DNA of 64,000 nt from Mobula hypostoma. Its lineage: Eukaryota. Below are positions 24,231-37,189 of this stretch, in pieces. A program made the translations under genes and the position numbers. Location: contig NC_086118.1 of the NCBI RefSeq assembly GCF_963921235.1, forward strand, positions 19,842,001 through 19,906,000, given 5' to 3'. The notes beneath the pieces were generated by a model. It ran no database searches, was not told the DNA's origin, and saw nothing but the letters and a program-made list of their open reading frames with translations. The stretch's first letter is position 1; each line of letters starts with the position of its first letter.

Positions 24231-26158
24231 TCCTACACTGCAGGGGATTTAAAAAAACTCTTAGCCTATCCAACCTCTTGTAATCCAAGCTTCCAGTCCC
24301 AGCATTCAAGCATTCTCATACTGGAAGTCTTTTTTGCACCCTATCCAGTTTAACACCATCCTTTCTTTAGCAGGGTGACCAGAACTGTACACAGTATGGC
24401 CTCTCCAATATCTTGTATAGTGGTACATAACATCTCAACTTAGCAGCTATACTGTTGTAGAAGCTATCAGAAGTTGAGCAGAAAACAAAATTCCATATAT
24501 AACATTTTCATAGAGACGATACCACTAATTGCAACATTGATATTTGAACAAATGGAGCATAAACTGTTTAGTATGCAAAAATGGAAAAGGACTGATGATG
24601 ACAAAATCTTTCCCAATGCCATTAGACTCAAACCAACCCTAATTCGACTGCAGACTGTAATTTCCCTCAACTTGCACTAATGTCATGTTTACTTTTGTTT
24701 ATTCTATTGTGCATTTATATATAATTTAAGTTCCTGTAATTTATGTTTGTAATGTATTCTGCTGTTGCTGCAAAAAACATAATTTTCATGGCTTTTACAC
24801 CCTGGGTACGTATGGCCATGGCATAAGATTTGAATTTGAACTTGATATCATGACTGACAAAAACATTAGATGCAATCTTTCTGAGAACTGCCTCTATTTT
24901 TTTACAACATGTAATTTGATCTACGTTTGTGGTCTGTATCTTTTGCAAGGATATTGTGTAAATTTTATGTATCTGCACATTGTGATTTTAGCTTATTAAT
25001 AGAATGAATGAATTGTTATAAGCAAACCTGTCAGTTGTTTTATGTCACAAGATAATCGACCATCTGCAAAAGGTTTTACATAGCAAAGCGACTGAGTTCC
25101 TTCCACACCATCTAGATATCCATCTATTTCATTTAGCATAGCATTATTACTACTCAGGAATATTGTAGATATTTAAGCAACATATTAATCTAACCATAAT
25201 CCATAGTATTCTATTGGCAGTCTCATCCATCATAACCTGTGATTATTTCCTTCTTTAAATTGTTATATTGAGCCGTAAATTGTGATAATTTATATTGTGT
25301 TGTTCTTGTCAAAAAGTAATAATTCGGCAGCAGATGATTCATAAAGCTTCTGTACCCATGATAGTTTAACAACATTAGCTGTAGTCTGCTAGAGAGAAAA
25401 CAGCCGCAGAAGTTCCAAAATTTAAGCACAATATTGGTGCCCATGGGTTGTGCAGCATCCAAAGCACAACAGAGCTAATAAAGCAGTGCATGAATCCATG
25501 ACCAAAGGAAATAGTCGTTTTCTTTGGAAGTGAAAATCACCAATTAATAGATGAAGGTAAAACACCCCAAGGTTAGGTTAAATCAAGCTGTCACACCTTG
25601 TGTTATAAATTGGATTCAAGATCAGATGTTGTAAATAAAACATAAGCCTGCAGAAATCTGCTTTTCCCCTTTGCCTGCTCATTTCGTATTTTTTTAATAT
25701 TTAATGTTTCACACTAAGAAAACACACATAATTGTCTCATAATCTCAACATACATTTTACAAACAACATGCATCATTATTCATAATAAATAATGATTAAA
25801 AAATGTAGATTCAATTAAAAATGAATTTTGGTAGCATTAATGGGGCAGAGAAGATACATCATTACCTCCGAGACTATAACAGTATGATGGCAGTGGGGAT
25901 CTGAGATCAAAAGTTAAATGCAGAGACATTAAATTGCTAACCTTTGAGTGTGCAGAAGCCACACTAAGAACTCATTTAAAATCCTTTGCTGGAAGCAGTA
26001 AACTTCCATGCACATTTGTTTTAATTCAGAAATCTATATAAAATTATTCAAAAGCGGTGACAAATCAGCGTATAAGAGGAAAATTGAAAATCTGGCTGAG
26101 TTGGGCCATAACAACAACCTGTTACTCAATGTCGGCAAGACCAAGGAGCTGATATGAG

Positions 26159-26238
26159 TAAATCTACAGATGCTGGAATTTCAAGCAACACACATAAAAA
26201 TTGCTGGTGAACGCAGCAGGCCAGGCAGCATCTATAGG
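26159..26238 (-). mobile_element. Penelope pseudo-LTR fragment abutting the Gypsy 5' LTR
   Basis: cagatgctggaatttcaagcaacacacat...gcagcaggccaggcagcatct matches the 19.3-19.5 kb pLTR. Confidence 0.8.
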
Positions 26239-26239
26239 A

Positions 26240-26760
26240 TTCTCTTTAGCAGCAATGTTTGGGTTATGACTAGAGATAACGGGGCTTTGGAATGTGGGGC
26301 TATCCAATGAGAGGGATATTGTTCTTTCTTATAGGTCTGGGAGCAGGGATTTCGCAGTCTTTTGCCGGGGAGGGATGAGGAGAGAAGATGCGAAAGGCGA
26401 GAGTTGGTAGACCGCCAGACAGAGTGAACTTGAAGCGAGGGTCCGAGGGTCGGCTACGCTCGGAGGAGGTCAACGGGAAAACAGTGGACTGAACTGTGGG
26501 CTCCAATGTTGTGCATTAGACTGTTTCATAAAAATGGGCCCTTTTCTTTTTTTTTGTTTCATTACTAGCCATATAGTCAAATTAAGAATTATAAAGCTGA
26601 ATTGTTTAATCATATATTGTGTACTGTTTGTTATTTTGTGGTACAGATTTGTAACATGGGACACATCGCATAGCATCCACCCAAACAAGATTTCTTAAGT
26701 TTGGCCTGGTCAAGGGCTGTCCTCCCCTAGATTAAGCCACTAGTCAAACCGAGAGTTACA
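26240..26760 (+). repeat. Gypsy 5' LTR (first ~28 bp missing)
   Basis: Direct repeat of ~32598-33102; ends GAGAGTTACA. Confidence 0.93.
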
Positions 26761-26764
26761 ATTG

Positions 26765-26782
26765 TGGGGGCTTGTCCGGGAT
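26765..26782 (+). promoter_or_regulatory. Primer binding site for tRNA-Pro
   Basis: TGGGGGCTTGTCCGGGAT, 17/18 match to the canonical Pro PBS TGGGGGCTCGTCCGGGAT, 4 nt after the LTR. Confidence 0.92.
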
Positions 26783-26789
26783 TCATTTT

Positions 26790-27830
26790 GTTGGATGCTG
26801 TGTGATTACCCTGAGCATTGAACCAGTGGGGTAGATATTCGTACTCTGTATGAATTGTTAATTCACCTGTTAGGTACTGTTAAATTTGCAATTGCCGGGC
26901 AGAGGTTTGATAAAGTGGTGGGCACAGCTCTTGTTTTAATGCAGACCAGTGCTGATGTAGCGGTAGCTGGGGGTGGAGCTTTCAGAGACAGGGTTCTATC
27001 ATTTCTGAGGAGTAATGCCTACCCCAAAAAGGGAAAGACGAGTATGAGGCTTGGGCGGAGCAGACCTCTGAGTGGTTAGATGAGTGGCAATGCTCTGATG
27101 ATGTAAAGCGACAGAGATTGGTTGAGAGTTTGAGTGGGCGGACTGCTAACGTTGTGAGAGCTGTCAAGTTGCGGTATCCTGTAGCGACAGCGGTCAATTA
27201 CATGCAAGCACTGGATAATGCTTTTGGCCTGACAGGAAGTCCAGTGGAGTTCACGGTGGGGTTTCAGAACATGCATTAGGAGACAGGGGAGAAGCTTTCT
27301 GCTTTTATTTTTTGGCTAAACAGGAGGCTAAATTTCTTGCAGCGCAGAGAGATCCTTCAGGCAGCTGAGGTGGATCAGTTAAGAGTGGACCAGATAGCTC
27401 GTGGCACCCAGTCCCAGGACCTGATTGCTTGGGGTATCCAACAGTCTAGTCAGACACACCCCCCTCCATCTTTTGTTGAGCTGATCAGGGAGGTACAGGA
27501 AGAGGAGAACGCGTTGTAGGCGCGGGAGGACCCCATCAGCAGGGTACAGTCCTCGGTAGTAGTCCCCTGTAGCGAAATGACCACAGAACCCATCCTGGGG
27601 AGCAGTAGAGGAGATTGTGGCAGAGTTGAGAACAGAGATATGTTGGCTGTTATCAGCGGATATGACCCCCCCACCCCCCGCTGATATGATGGAGCTGATA
27701 GGGGGGAATATTCCCCAAGGGGATGAACAATGCGGAGGGCTGATGGCAGCAGGTGTCACGCCAGAAGGAGAGTGAGCCTCAGGTACCTAAGCAGAGAGAG
27801 TCATTGGGAAAACTTAGAGGATCCCCAGTG
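26790..27830 (+). pseudogene. Gypsy gag, PNMA-like
   Basis: ALVLMQTSADV, YEAWAEQTSEWLDEWQCSDDVKRQRLVESL, PPPSFVELIREVQEEE fragments. Confidence 0.75.
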
Positions 27831-27920
27831 AGGGAATGGCCTGGTGTCTCTGAGGGAGCACCTTCCCCGCAATATACCAAGGAACCCCTGAAAACAAAAG
27901 GCCCAATTCCTGAAGGCTAA

Positions 27921-30900
27921 GTGGGACAATGCTCCAGTGTGTTGCTGCGGATAGAGGGTGTTTATGCTAAAGCCATACTTGACACCGGGTCACAGGTCAC
28001 GTTGTTGTACCATTTGTTTTACACTCGGTATCTGAAGCATTTATCATTGACTCTATTCAGGGCACTGGAGATCTGGGGTGTCAGTGCTGGTGATTATCCC
28101 TATGATGGTTATTTGTCAGTGAAGCTGGAGTTCTCGTAGGTCGATGTGGGAGTGTCTGAGGTTCTTGATACATTAGTGCTGGTTTGTCTGGACGCTGTTG
28201 AGACAGGCAGCTTTTCAATTCTGGTGGGGACCAACACCCCTCTTGTGAGGAGGCTCATGGGGGCCAGCAAGGAGAAGGCTGGCGAGAGCTTTCTGGGACC
28301 ATTGTCCGTGCACCCAGTGTCTCGAGCTGCTTTTGAGGAAGTGTGTGGCAGTATTGGGCCGCATACCGAATTTAAATGAGGGACTGTGTGGTTCACCCAG
28401 TCGAAGCCAATGGTGATAGTAGCGAGAGTGATGGGGACCCCCAGATTTCCCGGAGTGCCTGAGGGCAAAGCACTCTTAGTGGGTGCTCCGGATGACCATG
28501 AGTGGGAGTCGGGATTTCCTGCTGGGGTACTGGTGAGGCCAGAACTGCAGAAGCCCTCGTTTGTACAGGTAAGCAGGATGGCAGTGATCGTCAGGAACAC
28601 TATGAAGAGGGAGGTCACCTTCAAGCAGGGGATGCCCCTGGCGCACCTGTTCCCGGTGACAGTAATGTATAGTGTCCCTGTGGGACAAGCCAGGGAGAAA
28701 CGATTGGAAAAGGGGGAAAGTTGACCGCTGAGTCGCTCAACTTCGGGAACTCCCCGGTTCCTGTGGGTTGGAAGAGGAGGTTGGTAGGGAAGATATTGAA
28801 GCTGGAAGGTGTCTTTTCCACTGATGAGTTTGATGTGGGTTGTTCCAAGAGCACTCGTCACACTATCTGAGTGACCAAGGACACCCTGTTTAGAGAGCGG
28901 TTGTGGAGGCTGGCCCCTGCACGGGTGGAGGATGTTCGGCAACATTTGTGTAAGTTGAAGGAAGTTGGGATCATCAGCGAGTCCCGAAGCCCCTGGGCGT
29001 CCCTAGTAGTAGTGGCCGAAAAGAGGGTTGGGAATGTATGGATGCATGTGGACTATAGTACTCTGAACAGGCACACTGTCCCTGACCAGTATATGCTCCC
29101 AAGGATGGAAGACTCGCTGGCCTGCCTGAGTAGTGCAAAGTGGTTCAGTGTGCTGGACCTGAGGAGTGGATATTACCAGATCCCGAAGAGTGAGGCCAAC
29201 AAAGAGAAGACTGCATTATATGCCCCCTGGGATTTTTCTGATTTGAAAGGGTGCCCCGGGGCATTGCAGGACCCCCTGCAACCTTCCAGCGGGTCATTAA
29301 GAAGACGGTGGGGGATATGAACTTGCTTGAGGTATTGGTGTATCTGGATGACCTCATAGTATTCAGATCCACCTTGGAAGAACATGAAGTGAGGCCGCTG
29401 AATGTGCTGGGCTGCCTGAATGCTGAAGGGTTAAAACTCTCCCTGGACAAGTGCTAGTTCTGCCAAATGTCTGTTAGCTATGTTGGCCATTTGGTCTCAT
29501 GGAATGGGGTTGTTACTGAACCAGCTAATATAGAGGCAGTAACCACTTAGCCAAGACCCCAGACTGTGAGCACTCTACGTTCATTCCTCAGGATCTGTGG
29601 TTACTATCAGAGGTTTAAGAAAGGCTACGCGAAAGTGAGTCACCCATTGAATCAGCTTTTGTGTAGTTACCCTCCCTTGGGGAAGAAATAGATGGGGAAA
29701 AGAGGACAGGAGGGTGGTGAGTATCTTAGCCCATCGGAGACCTTTGGACTGAGGTGGAATGCAAAACGTAAGGAGATCTTTCAGTCACTGAAGGAGCTGC
29801 TGACCCAGGCACCGGTGCTGGCTTTTGAGTACTGCACACAGATGCCAGCTGAGAGAGCCTAGGAGTTGTCCTGTATCAGGATCCGGGCACCAGATTAAGA
29901 CCCATTGCATTTGTCAGCCGGAGTCTGTCACCCTCCAAGAAAAGCTATCCCACGCACGAGTTCGAAATTCTGCTGTTGAAATGGGCGGTGGTGGATAAGC
30001 TGAGTGACTATCTCTATGGGGCCAAGTTTGAGGTGAGGACAGACAAAACCCCCTAATTTATATCTGACCTCAGCGAAACTGGATGCCACAGGCCATTGGT
30101 GGCTGGCGGCGTTGTCCACCTATGATTTCAGCCTGAAGTACCAGCCAGGCAGCAGGAACATTGATGCGGATGCTTTGCCCTGATGGGTGTATGAGGGACT
30201 GGACGGGGACGAGGAGTGGGAGAGCGTTCCTGCCCCTGGGGTGAACGCCATGTGTCAGCTTGCCATCTCCGTGAAGGCCAAGGAAAAGGAGAGGCCGGAT
30301 TGAGCAGTGGATCAATTGTGAGCTTCTGATGATGCCATTCCACAAGTTTACTGTAACCTGACTGCTCTGAAGACAAATCAGCTGCCAGAATTGAGTTCTG
30401 GGGAAGTGGCAGCTGCTCGGCGAGATGATCCGGGCACCGGTATCATTTGGTCAGCGGTGGAAAAAGGAGACATGGCTCAGGCAGAGAAGATGAAACACGC
30501 AGCGGTGCCTCCATTACTGAGAGAATGGCCTCGGTTGGAGCTGTGAAACCAGATCCTATACTGGGTCACGTCACCCCCGGACTGACCTCGGCGTCGCCAG
30601 CTGGTTCTGCCAGAGAAGTATCGGAGGATGGCGCTGAAGTCACCTCATGATGACTCTGGACATTTGGAGGTGGAAAAGTCCTATGGATTGCTCAGAGACC
30701 GGCTTTACTGGCCCCGAATGAAGTCGGAGGTCGAAGAATACTGCAAGTTGTGCATTCGATCCATATGGCGGAAGACGCTGTCTATGCGGGCAACTTCCTT
30801 GTCCCACTTGCAGAGTGTGGGGTCCCTGGACCTGGTGTGTATGGATTTCCTGTCAATAGAACCTGATGCCAGCAACGCGGCAAATGTCTTAGTCATCACG

Positions 30901-31835
30901 GACACTACACCAGATATGCTCTGGCTTTTCCTACCAAGGACCAGAGGGCGTCCAGGGTGGCCAAAGTGTTATGGGAGAAGTATTTCATTTATTACAGCCT
31001 CCCCAGGGGGATACATAGTGATCAGGGACGGGATTTCGAGAGCAGACTCATCCGTGAGTTACTGGACATGCTTGGAGTCAAGAAGTCAAGGACCACTCCC
31101 TATCAACCACAGGGTGATCCCCAGCCCAAGAGGTATAATTGGACCTTGCTAGACATGCTTGGGACCTTGGGGATCAGCAAGAAGAGCAGGTGGAGTCAAC
31201 ATGTTGGACATCTGGTCCGCGGTTACAGCTGTACCAAAAATGAAGCTATCGGGTATTCACCATACCATCTGACATTTGGGCGCGAGGCGAGGTTGCCCAT
31301 CGACCTTTCTTTTGGGACTGACGAGGGCGACTTACCACTGAAGACTTATCTGAAGTATGTGTCTGATATGAGAAGGGAGCTGAAGAGGGCTTATGAATTG
31401 GCTGGGGTCGTGGCTGCCAAGCAGAATCAAGGAAATAAGAGGAGGCATGATCAAAAGGTGAAGTTCTCCCAACTCCTGCCAGGAGACCGAGTCCTCATAA
31501 GGAAATTGGGGCTATCTGGGAAACATAAGTTGCCGGACTGTTGGGTGGCTAAGCCCTATGTGGTGGAGAGTCAAATGCCAAACTTACCAGTTTTCGGGGT
31601 GAAACCAGAGGATGGGAATGGGCCTGTCAAGATTTTCCATTGGAACCACCTGCTGCCCCTGGGACAAGAGGTACAGGTTGACCTAGAGTCCGACTTGGAA
31701 ACTACACCTAGTAAGAGGACGCTGCAGGAAGGCGGGGCAACTGCAGGGCCCACAGCAGGAGAGGTCAGGGCAGCCCCCAGCCCTGAGAGCGATACGGATT
31801 CGGAGGATGAGGACCTATATGCTGCCTTTTGTTAA
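27921..31835 (+). pseudogene. Gypsy pol (protease, RT, RNase H, integrase)
   Basis: [62 protein letters not shown]-like KPYVV. Confidence 0.95.
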
Positions 31836-31900
31836 CTCTCCATTGATTCAGGAAGAGACCACTAGCCCTTCTTCCATTGAGTCAGGGGGGGAGGGAGCTA

Positions 31901-32207
31901 CGAGGGGTGATTGATAAGTTTGTGGCCTAAGGTAGAAGGAGTCAATTTTAGAAAACCTAGCACATTTATTTTTCCTCCTACATTTACACACTTAGTCCAG
32001 CGGTCGTGGAGCATACGGATCCCTTCTTCGTAAAAGTCGGCGCCTTGGACCTCCAGAAGTGGTCCACAGCAGGGATGATTGATACCTTCGCGGCCTAAAG
32101 TAGAAGGAGGTGAGTTATTAACTTCAAACTTTCTGCATAATCACTCAAAGAGTTGAACTTCACATGCATGTAACGAGAGCTGTATAACTCAATCAATCCC
32201 CCCCTCG
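31901..32207. mobile_element. Tc1/mariner-type MITE nested in the Gypsy
   Basis: TA|CGAGGGG ... CCCCTCG|TA termini with TA duplication (31899-31900, 32208-32209). Confidence 0.85.
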
Positions 32208-32569
32208 TATCTGCGGACAGCCTGGTTTGCATCATGGCCCTGCAAGGGATGAAGCAGGGCTTGGCCACAGGACTAAGGGGTCCGAGATGTAGGTGGACAT
32301 GAGTGATAGGTCAGGGGAGGCCTCGCCAGGTAGACCGGAAGTATCCCCAGTCGTGTCTAAAGCTGAAGAGTTAGGTGAAGGGTTACGGAGGTCTCAGAGA
32401 ATTAGGGGACCACCGGATAGGATGGCCTATGTAGCACCAGGGGAACAGAGTATGACCCCTACCATGTTGGGGAGCTATGTCACTACCTTTCACACCTGGA
32501 TTGGATTTTGTGTTTTGCAGGAAGGGTTGACGAATTATCTCACCATCATGAGGACATAACTAAATTTGA

Positions 32570-33102
32570 TGTAAGGTTTCACTGCTAATGTAATTGTTTC
32601 TCTGGAGCAGCAATGTTTGGGTTATGACTAGAGATAATGGACTTTAGGATGTGGGCTATCCAATGAGAAGGATGTTGTTCTTTCTTGTGGATCTGGGAGC
32701 AGGAATTTCATGGTCTTTTGCCAGGGAGAGATGAGGAGAGAAGAGCGAATGGAGAGAGTTGGTAGACCGCCGGACGAAGTGGACTTGGAGCGAGGATCCG
32801 AGGATCGGCTACGCTCGGAGGAGGTCAACGGGAAACCAGTGGACTGAACCATGAGCTCCAACATTGTGCATTACACTGTTTCATGAAAGTAGGTCATTTT
32901 TTTTTTGTTTCTTTACTAACTGTATAGTCAAATCAAGAATTATAAAAAGCTCAATTGTTTAATCACATATTGTGTACTGTTTGTTATTTCATGGTACTGA
33001 TTTGTAACAGCACAGCACTCACCCAAACAAGATTTTCTCGGTGTGGCCGGGCCAAGGGCTGTCTTCTCCTAGATTAAGCTGCTAGCCGAACCGAGAGTTA
33101 CA
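32570..33102 (+). repeat. Gypsy 3' LTR
   Basis: TGTAA...TTACA termini; direct repeat of the 5' LTR; no clear polypurine tract upstream. Confidence 0.93.
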
Positions 33103-33839
33103 CATGGAATGATCAATTCTACCCATTAGGAAACCCATATTAATTTTAACCTGTTAGTCCTGGTGGTGAATACAACCCAATACCCTTGTATATTTCCACT
33201 AATGTGTGAACTGTAGAAAATTCAATTATTTGCTGCTTTTGTGCTTTCCACAAAAAAAATGAATGTGAAATGAAGTACCATGATCTGAATCCAAACTGCC
33301 TTTGGGATGAACAATGTGTAACATGGGGGAAAGTAATATCTCCAAAGTTTATCCTGCCCATCCAGCGTAAATTCTGGTATTTCTTGCTCTGCACTGACAA
33401 TACAGTGAACAATCTGAAGAACTCCAATAGAACTTTAAACTTTGATTTTGTCCATGTTAAAGCTGGTGCATTGTTCCAAATGTTCATGGCCAATGCTGGG
33501 CTGAGATCTACAAAGGCCAATTAACAGATGGTGGGTTAATTTAAAACAACTTCAATGAAAGATAATTGTACTCCCTGAGCCTCACATGCTCTGCTAACGT
33601 AGTGGATGCCAGTAATCTGTAATTGTTTCTCCCTCCTCATTCTGTTTAAAGCATATGTTCATTTCAAGCTAGCGTCAAGTGTCCAACATACCCAATGGAT
33701 TTACTCTACAGCTTGATCAACATCTAATATGGATTTTTTTTTTACTAAAGTAGCTAAACTAAACTTGTTCATAGATTTGATGTTGCAAAATACAAAGCTA
33801 AAATTAAAAATAAATGAAAATGCAACAGACAACAGATTC

Positions 33840-34700
33840 TGGGGGCTCTGAAATAAAAGCAGAAAATGCAGTAAACACTCAGCAAGTCAGGCAGCATCTG
33901 CAGAAGTCGAGTGAGAGTTGCCATTTCAAGCTGATTTTTCATCAGGACTAGGGAAAACAGAAAACAAGCTGATCTTATATTGTAGATGGTGTGAGCCAAG
34001 GTGAGTTAGGTTTTCCCTGGAGATAAAGCAGTTAATGAAGAAATGTGGTCGATAGATAGACAAAGGAATGCAAAAGCTGTGTGATAAGTCACACCAAGCT
34101 GGCTAGGCCATACAGGTGGTGAGATAAAGCTGAGTCAACATTGCATATCGATGACCTGCAGCAGCAATGACCAGTTCTGATATAGAGAGAATGAGTCCTC
34201 TCAACATAAGAAATTAAAATAATAGGAACAGGTGTAAACAATCTGGCAAATCGAGCCCGCTCTACCATTCAATAAAATTATGACTGCCCTGGCTGTAGAG
34301 CTGGGTCCTCCTACCTGCCTTTTCCCCATTATCCTCAATTTCCCTACAAAAACAGCTGAATTCAGCACTGAGACCAGAAGGCTGCAACCTTCCCCAAAGT
34401 GAAGACACGCTGCTGCTCCTCAGTCTGATGTTGGATCTCATTATAATAGTGCAGGAGGCCTCAGACATCTGGAATACTAAGTAGGTCAAGTCTTTCTGGT
34501 GCAGGTAGGAAAAAGTGAACAAATATTCCATATGCTTGACCTAAGGCAGAAAAGGTCATTTCTGATACAGACTGGGAATAACTGGAGAGTTCAGGGATGC
34601 TCCTGCGGACAGAACATAAGTGCTCTTCCATGTGCATTTGTTGTCTTCGGTGTAAAGGAGACCTCCAGTTCAGTACACTAGATTGGGAAAAAAAAGCCTA
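33840..34700 (-). mobile_element. Old Penelope-like element (pLTR, degenerate hammerhead, GIY-YIG C-terminal remnant) with a small CR1-tail insert
   Basis: agtcctgatgaa...gaaatg on minus at ~33920-33950; LWGRLQPSGLSAEFS in ORF 34262-34531. Confidence 0.6.
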
Positions 34701-35584
34701 TGAATTAATTTTCCTTCCAATTCTCGCTAATATCTATCTGTCTGTCTGCATTTTCCTGCACTGTTATAATGAGGCCCAATGCAGTTCTGAAAAACCGAAT
34801 CTCACCTTCTATCTCAACATGTTGCAGTCGTCTAGAGCAAATTCAACAGCTTCAGTTTGCTTTTCTGTCTGTATCAGAACTGGCCTTTTCTGCCATAGGG
34901 CAAGCATATAGGACATTTGATCAATTTTTCCAACCTGCTTCTGACCTACTTAGCATTCATCCATTTTATACCTTGTTTCTCTTTGTTTACCCCTCTCTAA
35001 ATGGTCCTTTAATTGATTAACCATATTACTTCATCAACATCCTATCCCGATAGCATCATATACTGCCAGAGCCAGAGTGTTTTCAACATTTCTAGTACTA
35101 GAGACAGTTTCACCACAGCACAAACCTACAACCCAACATACACAAGAATACAAATGAACCAGTCTCTAATATGGAGGTATTGTAAGCCCTGGCTTTTGAA
35201 GGTCTCACATTTTTCATTTGTTTTCATTTTTAAAACCTAGAACGAAACAGTAAGACATATTATCCCAAAATTAAAATATGTAAATGCTGCAGCACCTAAA
35301 AATAGCTTTCTAGGATCAGATTGGAAGATTACCTAATCCTTAATCCTAACTGGTTCTATTGTAGTATGACCTTTTAAGAGCTACTTCCTGATATCAGAAG
35401 TGTGGGAAAATCTGACTCTTAAACTTCATTCTTCCTGAAAGAGAATAGCATCGATAACACGATTTGTTTTGGAACGGACGGCAAATTTCACCATTTACTC
35501 AAAATTATTTGAAATCCAGGAGAACGAACACAGATAATGGTGTCAGAAGTAACGTTTATGAAGCCGTGAAGTTTAAGTTGCACA

Positions 35585-35860
35585 TTGCTTTACAGCGCCA
35601 TCTTTCACTGATCAGGAGTTAGATCCTGCCACTGCCTGTGAGGGGTTCATACATTTTCCCCGTGACAGGGGCCTGATTTCCTCCCACATTCCAAAGATGC
35701 ATGGTTAGGATTAGAGTCGTGGACATGCTATCTTGGTGCTAGAAGTGTGGAGACACTTGATCGCTCACCACGATCCTCAACGATTTAATTTGATGTAAAC
35801 AATACATTTCACTGTATGTTTTGATGCACATGTAACGAATAAAGCTAATCTTTATCTTTA
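35585..35860 (+). mobile_element. V-SINE (HE1-like), diverged
   Basis: ttccccgtgac...tttcctcccacattccaaaga V-domain; (TCTTTA)n tail. Confidence 0.65.
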
Positions 35861-36184
35861 TGTTTTATAAAGTTCATGATGAGAAGAGCTCATATTTAAC
35901 ATAGATCGCTGGTGATTTGGATAGATACCTTTGCAGACAAATGCTATTTGTGACGAGCACAGCACCAGAGGAACCTCAGCAAAGATGGATGTTGCATTTG
36001 AGGGACTCAGTGATGTAAAAACTACAGCGGATAATCTTGGGTGAAATAAAAACAGGAGATGAGGCAGAGTGAAACTGTGACCAGAAACCAGTAGCCATGA
36101 TACACAAATATATGAAGCAGCAACTGGAGCTGAACAAACAATGGCTGCATTTTAAAATGAAGGAAATCTTGTTCTTCGTGGTTT

Positions 36185-36790
36185 CAGAATCAGAATCATG
36201 TTTATTATCACCGGCATGTGACGTGAAATTTGTTAACGTAGCAGCAGCAGTTCAATGCAATACATAATCTAGCAGAGAGAGAAAAAAAAAATAATAATAA
36301 ATAAAATAAAACATAATAAATAAGTAAATCAATTACATATATTGAATAGATTATTTTAAAAATGTGCAAAAATACTGTATATTAAAAAAGTGAGGTAGTG
36401 TCCAAAGTTTCAAAGTCCATTTAGGAATCGGATGACAGAGGGGAAGAAGCTGTTCATGAATCGCTGAGTGTGTGCATTCAGGCTTCTGTATCTCCTAGCT
36501 GATGGTAACAGTGAGAAAAGGGCATGCCCTGGGTGCTGGAGGTCTTTAAGAATGGACGCTGCCTTTCTGAGATACTGCTTCCTAAAGATGTCCTGAGTAT
36601 TTTGTAGGCTAATATCCAAGATGGAGCTGACTAGATTTACAGCCTTCTGCAGCTTCTTTTGGTCCTGTGCAGGAGCCCCTCCATACCAGACAGTGATGCA
36701 GCCTGTCAGAATGCTCTCCATGGTACAACTATAGAGGTTTTTGAGTGTATTTGTTGACATGCCAAATAGCTTCAAACTCCTAATAAAGTA
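36185..36790 (-). mobile_element. Rex1/Babar LINE 3' fragment
   Basis: ORF 36410-36817 (ESILTGCITVWYG...HPGHALFSLLPS...NSFFPS); (TCAGAA)n tail. Confidence 0.9.
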
Positions 36791-37189
36791 TTTGAAGCCA
36801 AATCCAGTAAAGATCAAGGCTGTAAAAGAAACAACAGATGTTGTAAGGATATAATACTTTCTGGGGGTTCACCAACCTTCTGAACAAGTTACAGCCCCAC
36901 ATGAGTAAGATCTGTGAGCCTCTCAGAGAGCTGAGCAGTACAATGGATTTGGACTGCACGTTCACAGGAAAGAGGTGATGGGTACAACAGTGTTATGGTG
37001 ATGAAAGTTTTGATAAAAAGGAGATAATAATTTAGCCAGTCACCTCCAAGTTGGTCTTACAACAATAATTCTTCAAGAGGAAAAGTTTCATCAAACAAAA
37101 GCAGAGTTTTGACAATTCTTGAGATTAATTCTCTCCAACTATTGGAAACATCCTCACCATATCTGCATGGGATATTTTAAGCTTTTCAA

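Larger units (their letters stand above)
26240..33102 (+). mobile_element. Full-length but decayed Ty3/Gypsy LTR retrotransposon
   Basis: Two similar LTRs, PBS, gag then PR-RT-RH-IN order; many stops and frameshifts. Confidence 0.96.
35360..37170 (+). mobile_element. Ancient Gypsy relic with tRNA-Leu PBS, interrupted by a V-SINE and a Rex1
   Basis: TGGTGTCAGAAGT at 35538-35550 after a putative TG..CA LTR; RT/RH remnant LKPNPVKIKAV...PHMSKICEPLREL at ~36790-36940. Confidence 0.6.

Noticed and set aside
31835..32570. env-like third ORF in the Gypsy
   Set aside because: Only a low-complexity integrase tail split by a MITE; no signal peptide or fusion-protein features
33915..33952. Further hammerhead copies here and at ~62405-62440
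   Set aside because: Core or stems too degenerate to call a ribozyme
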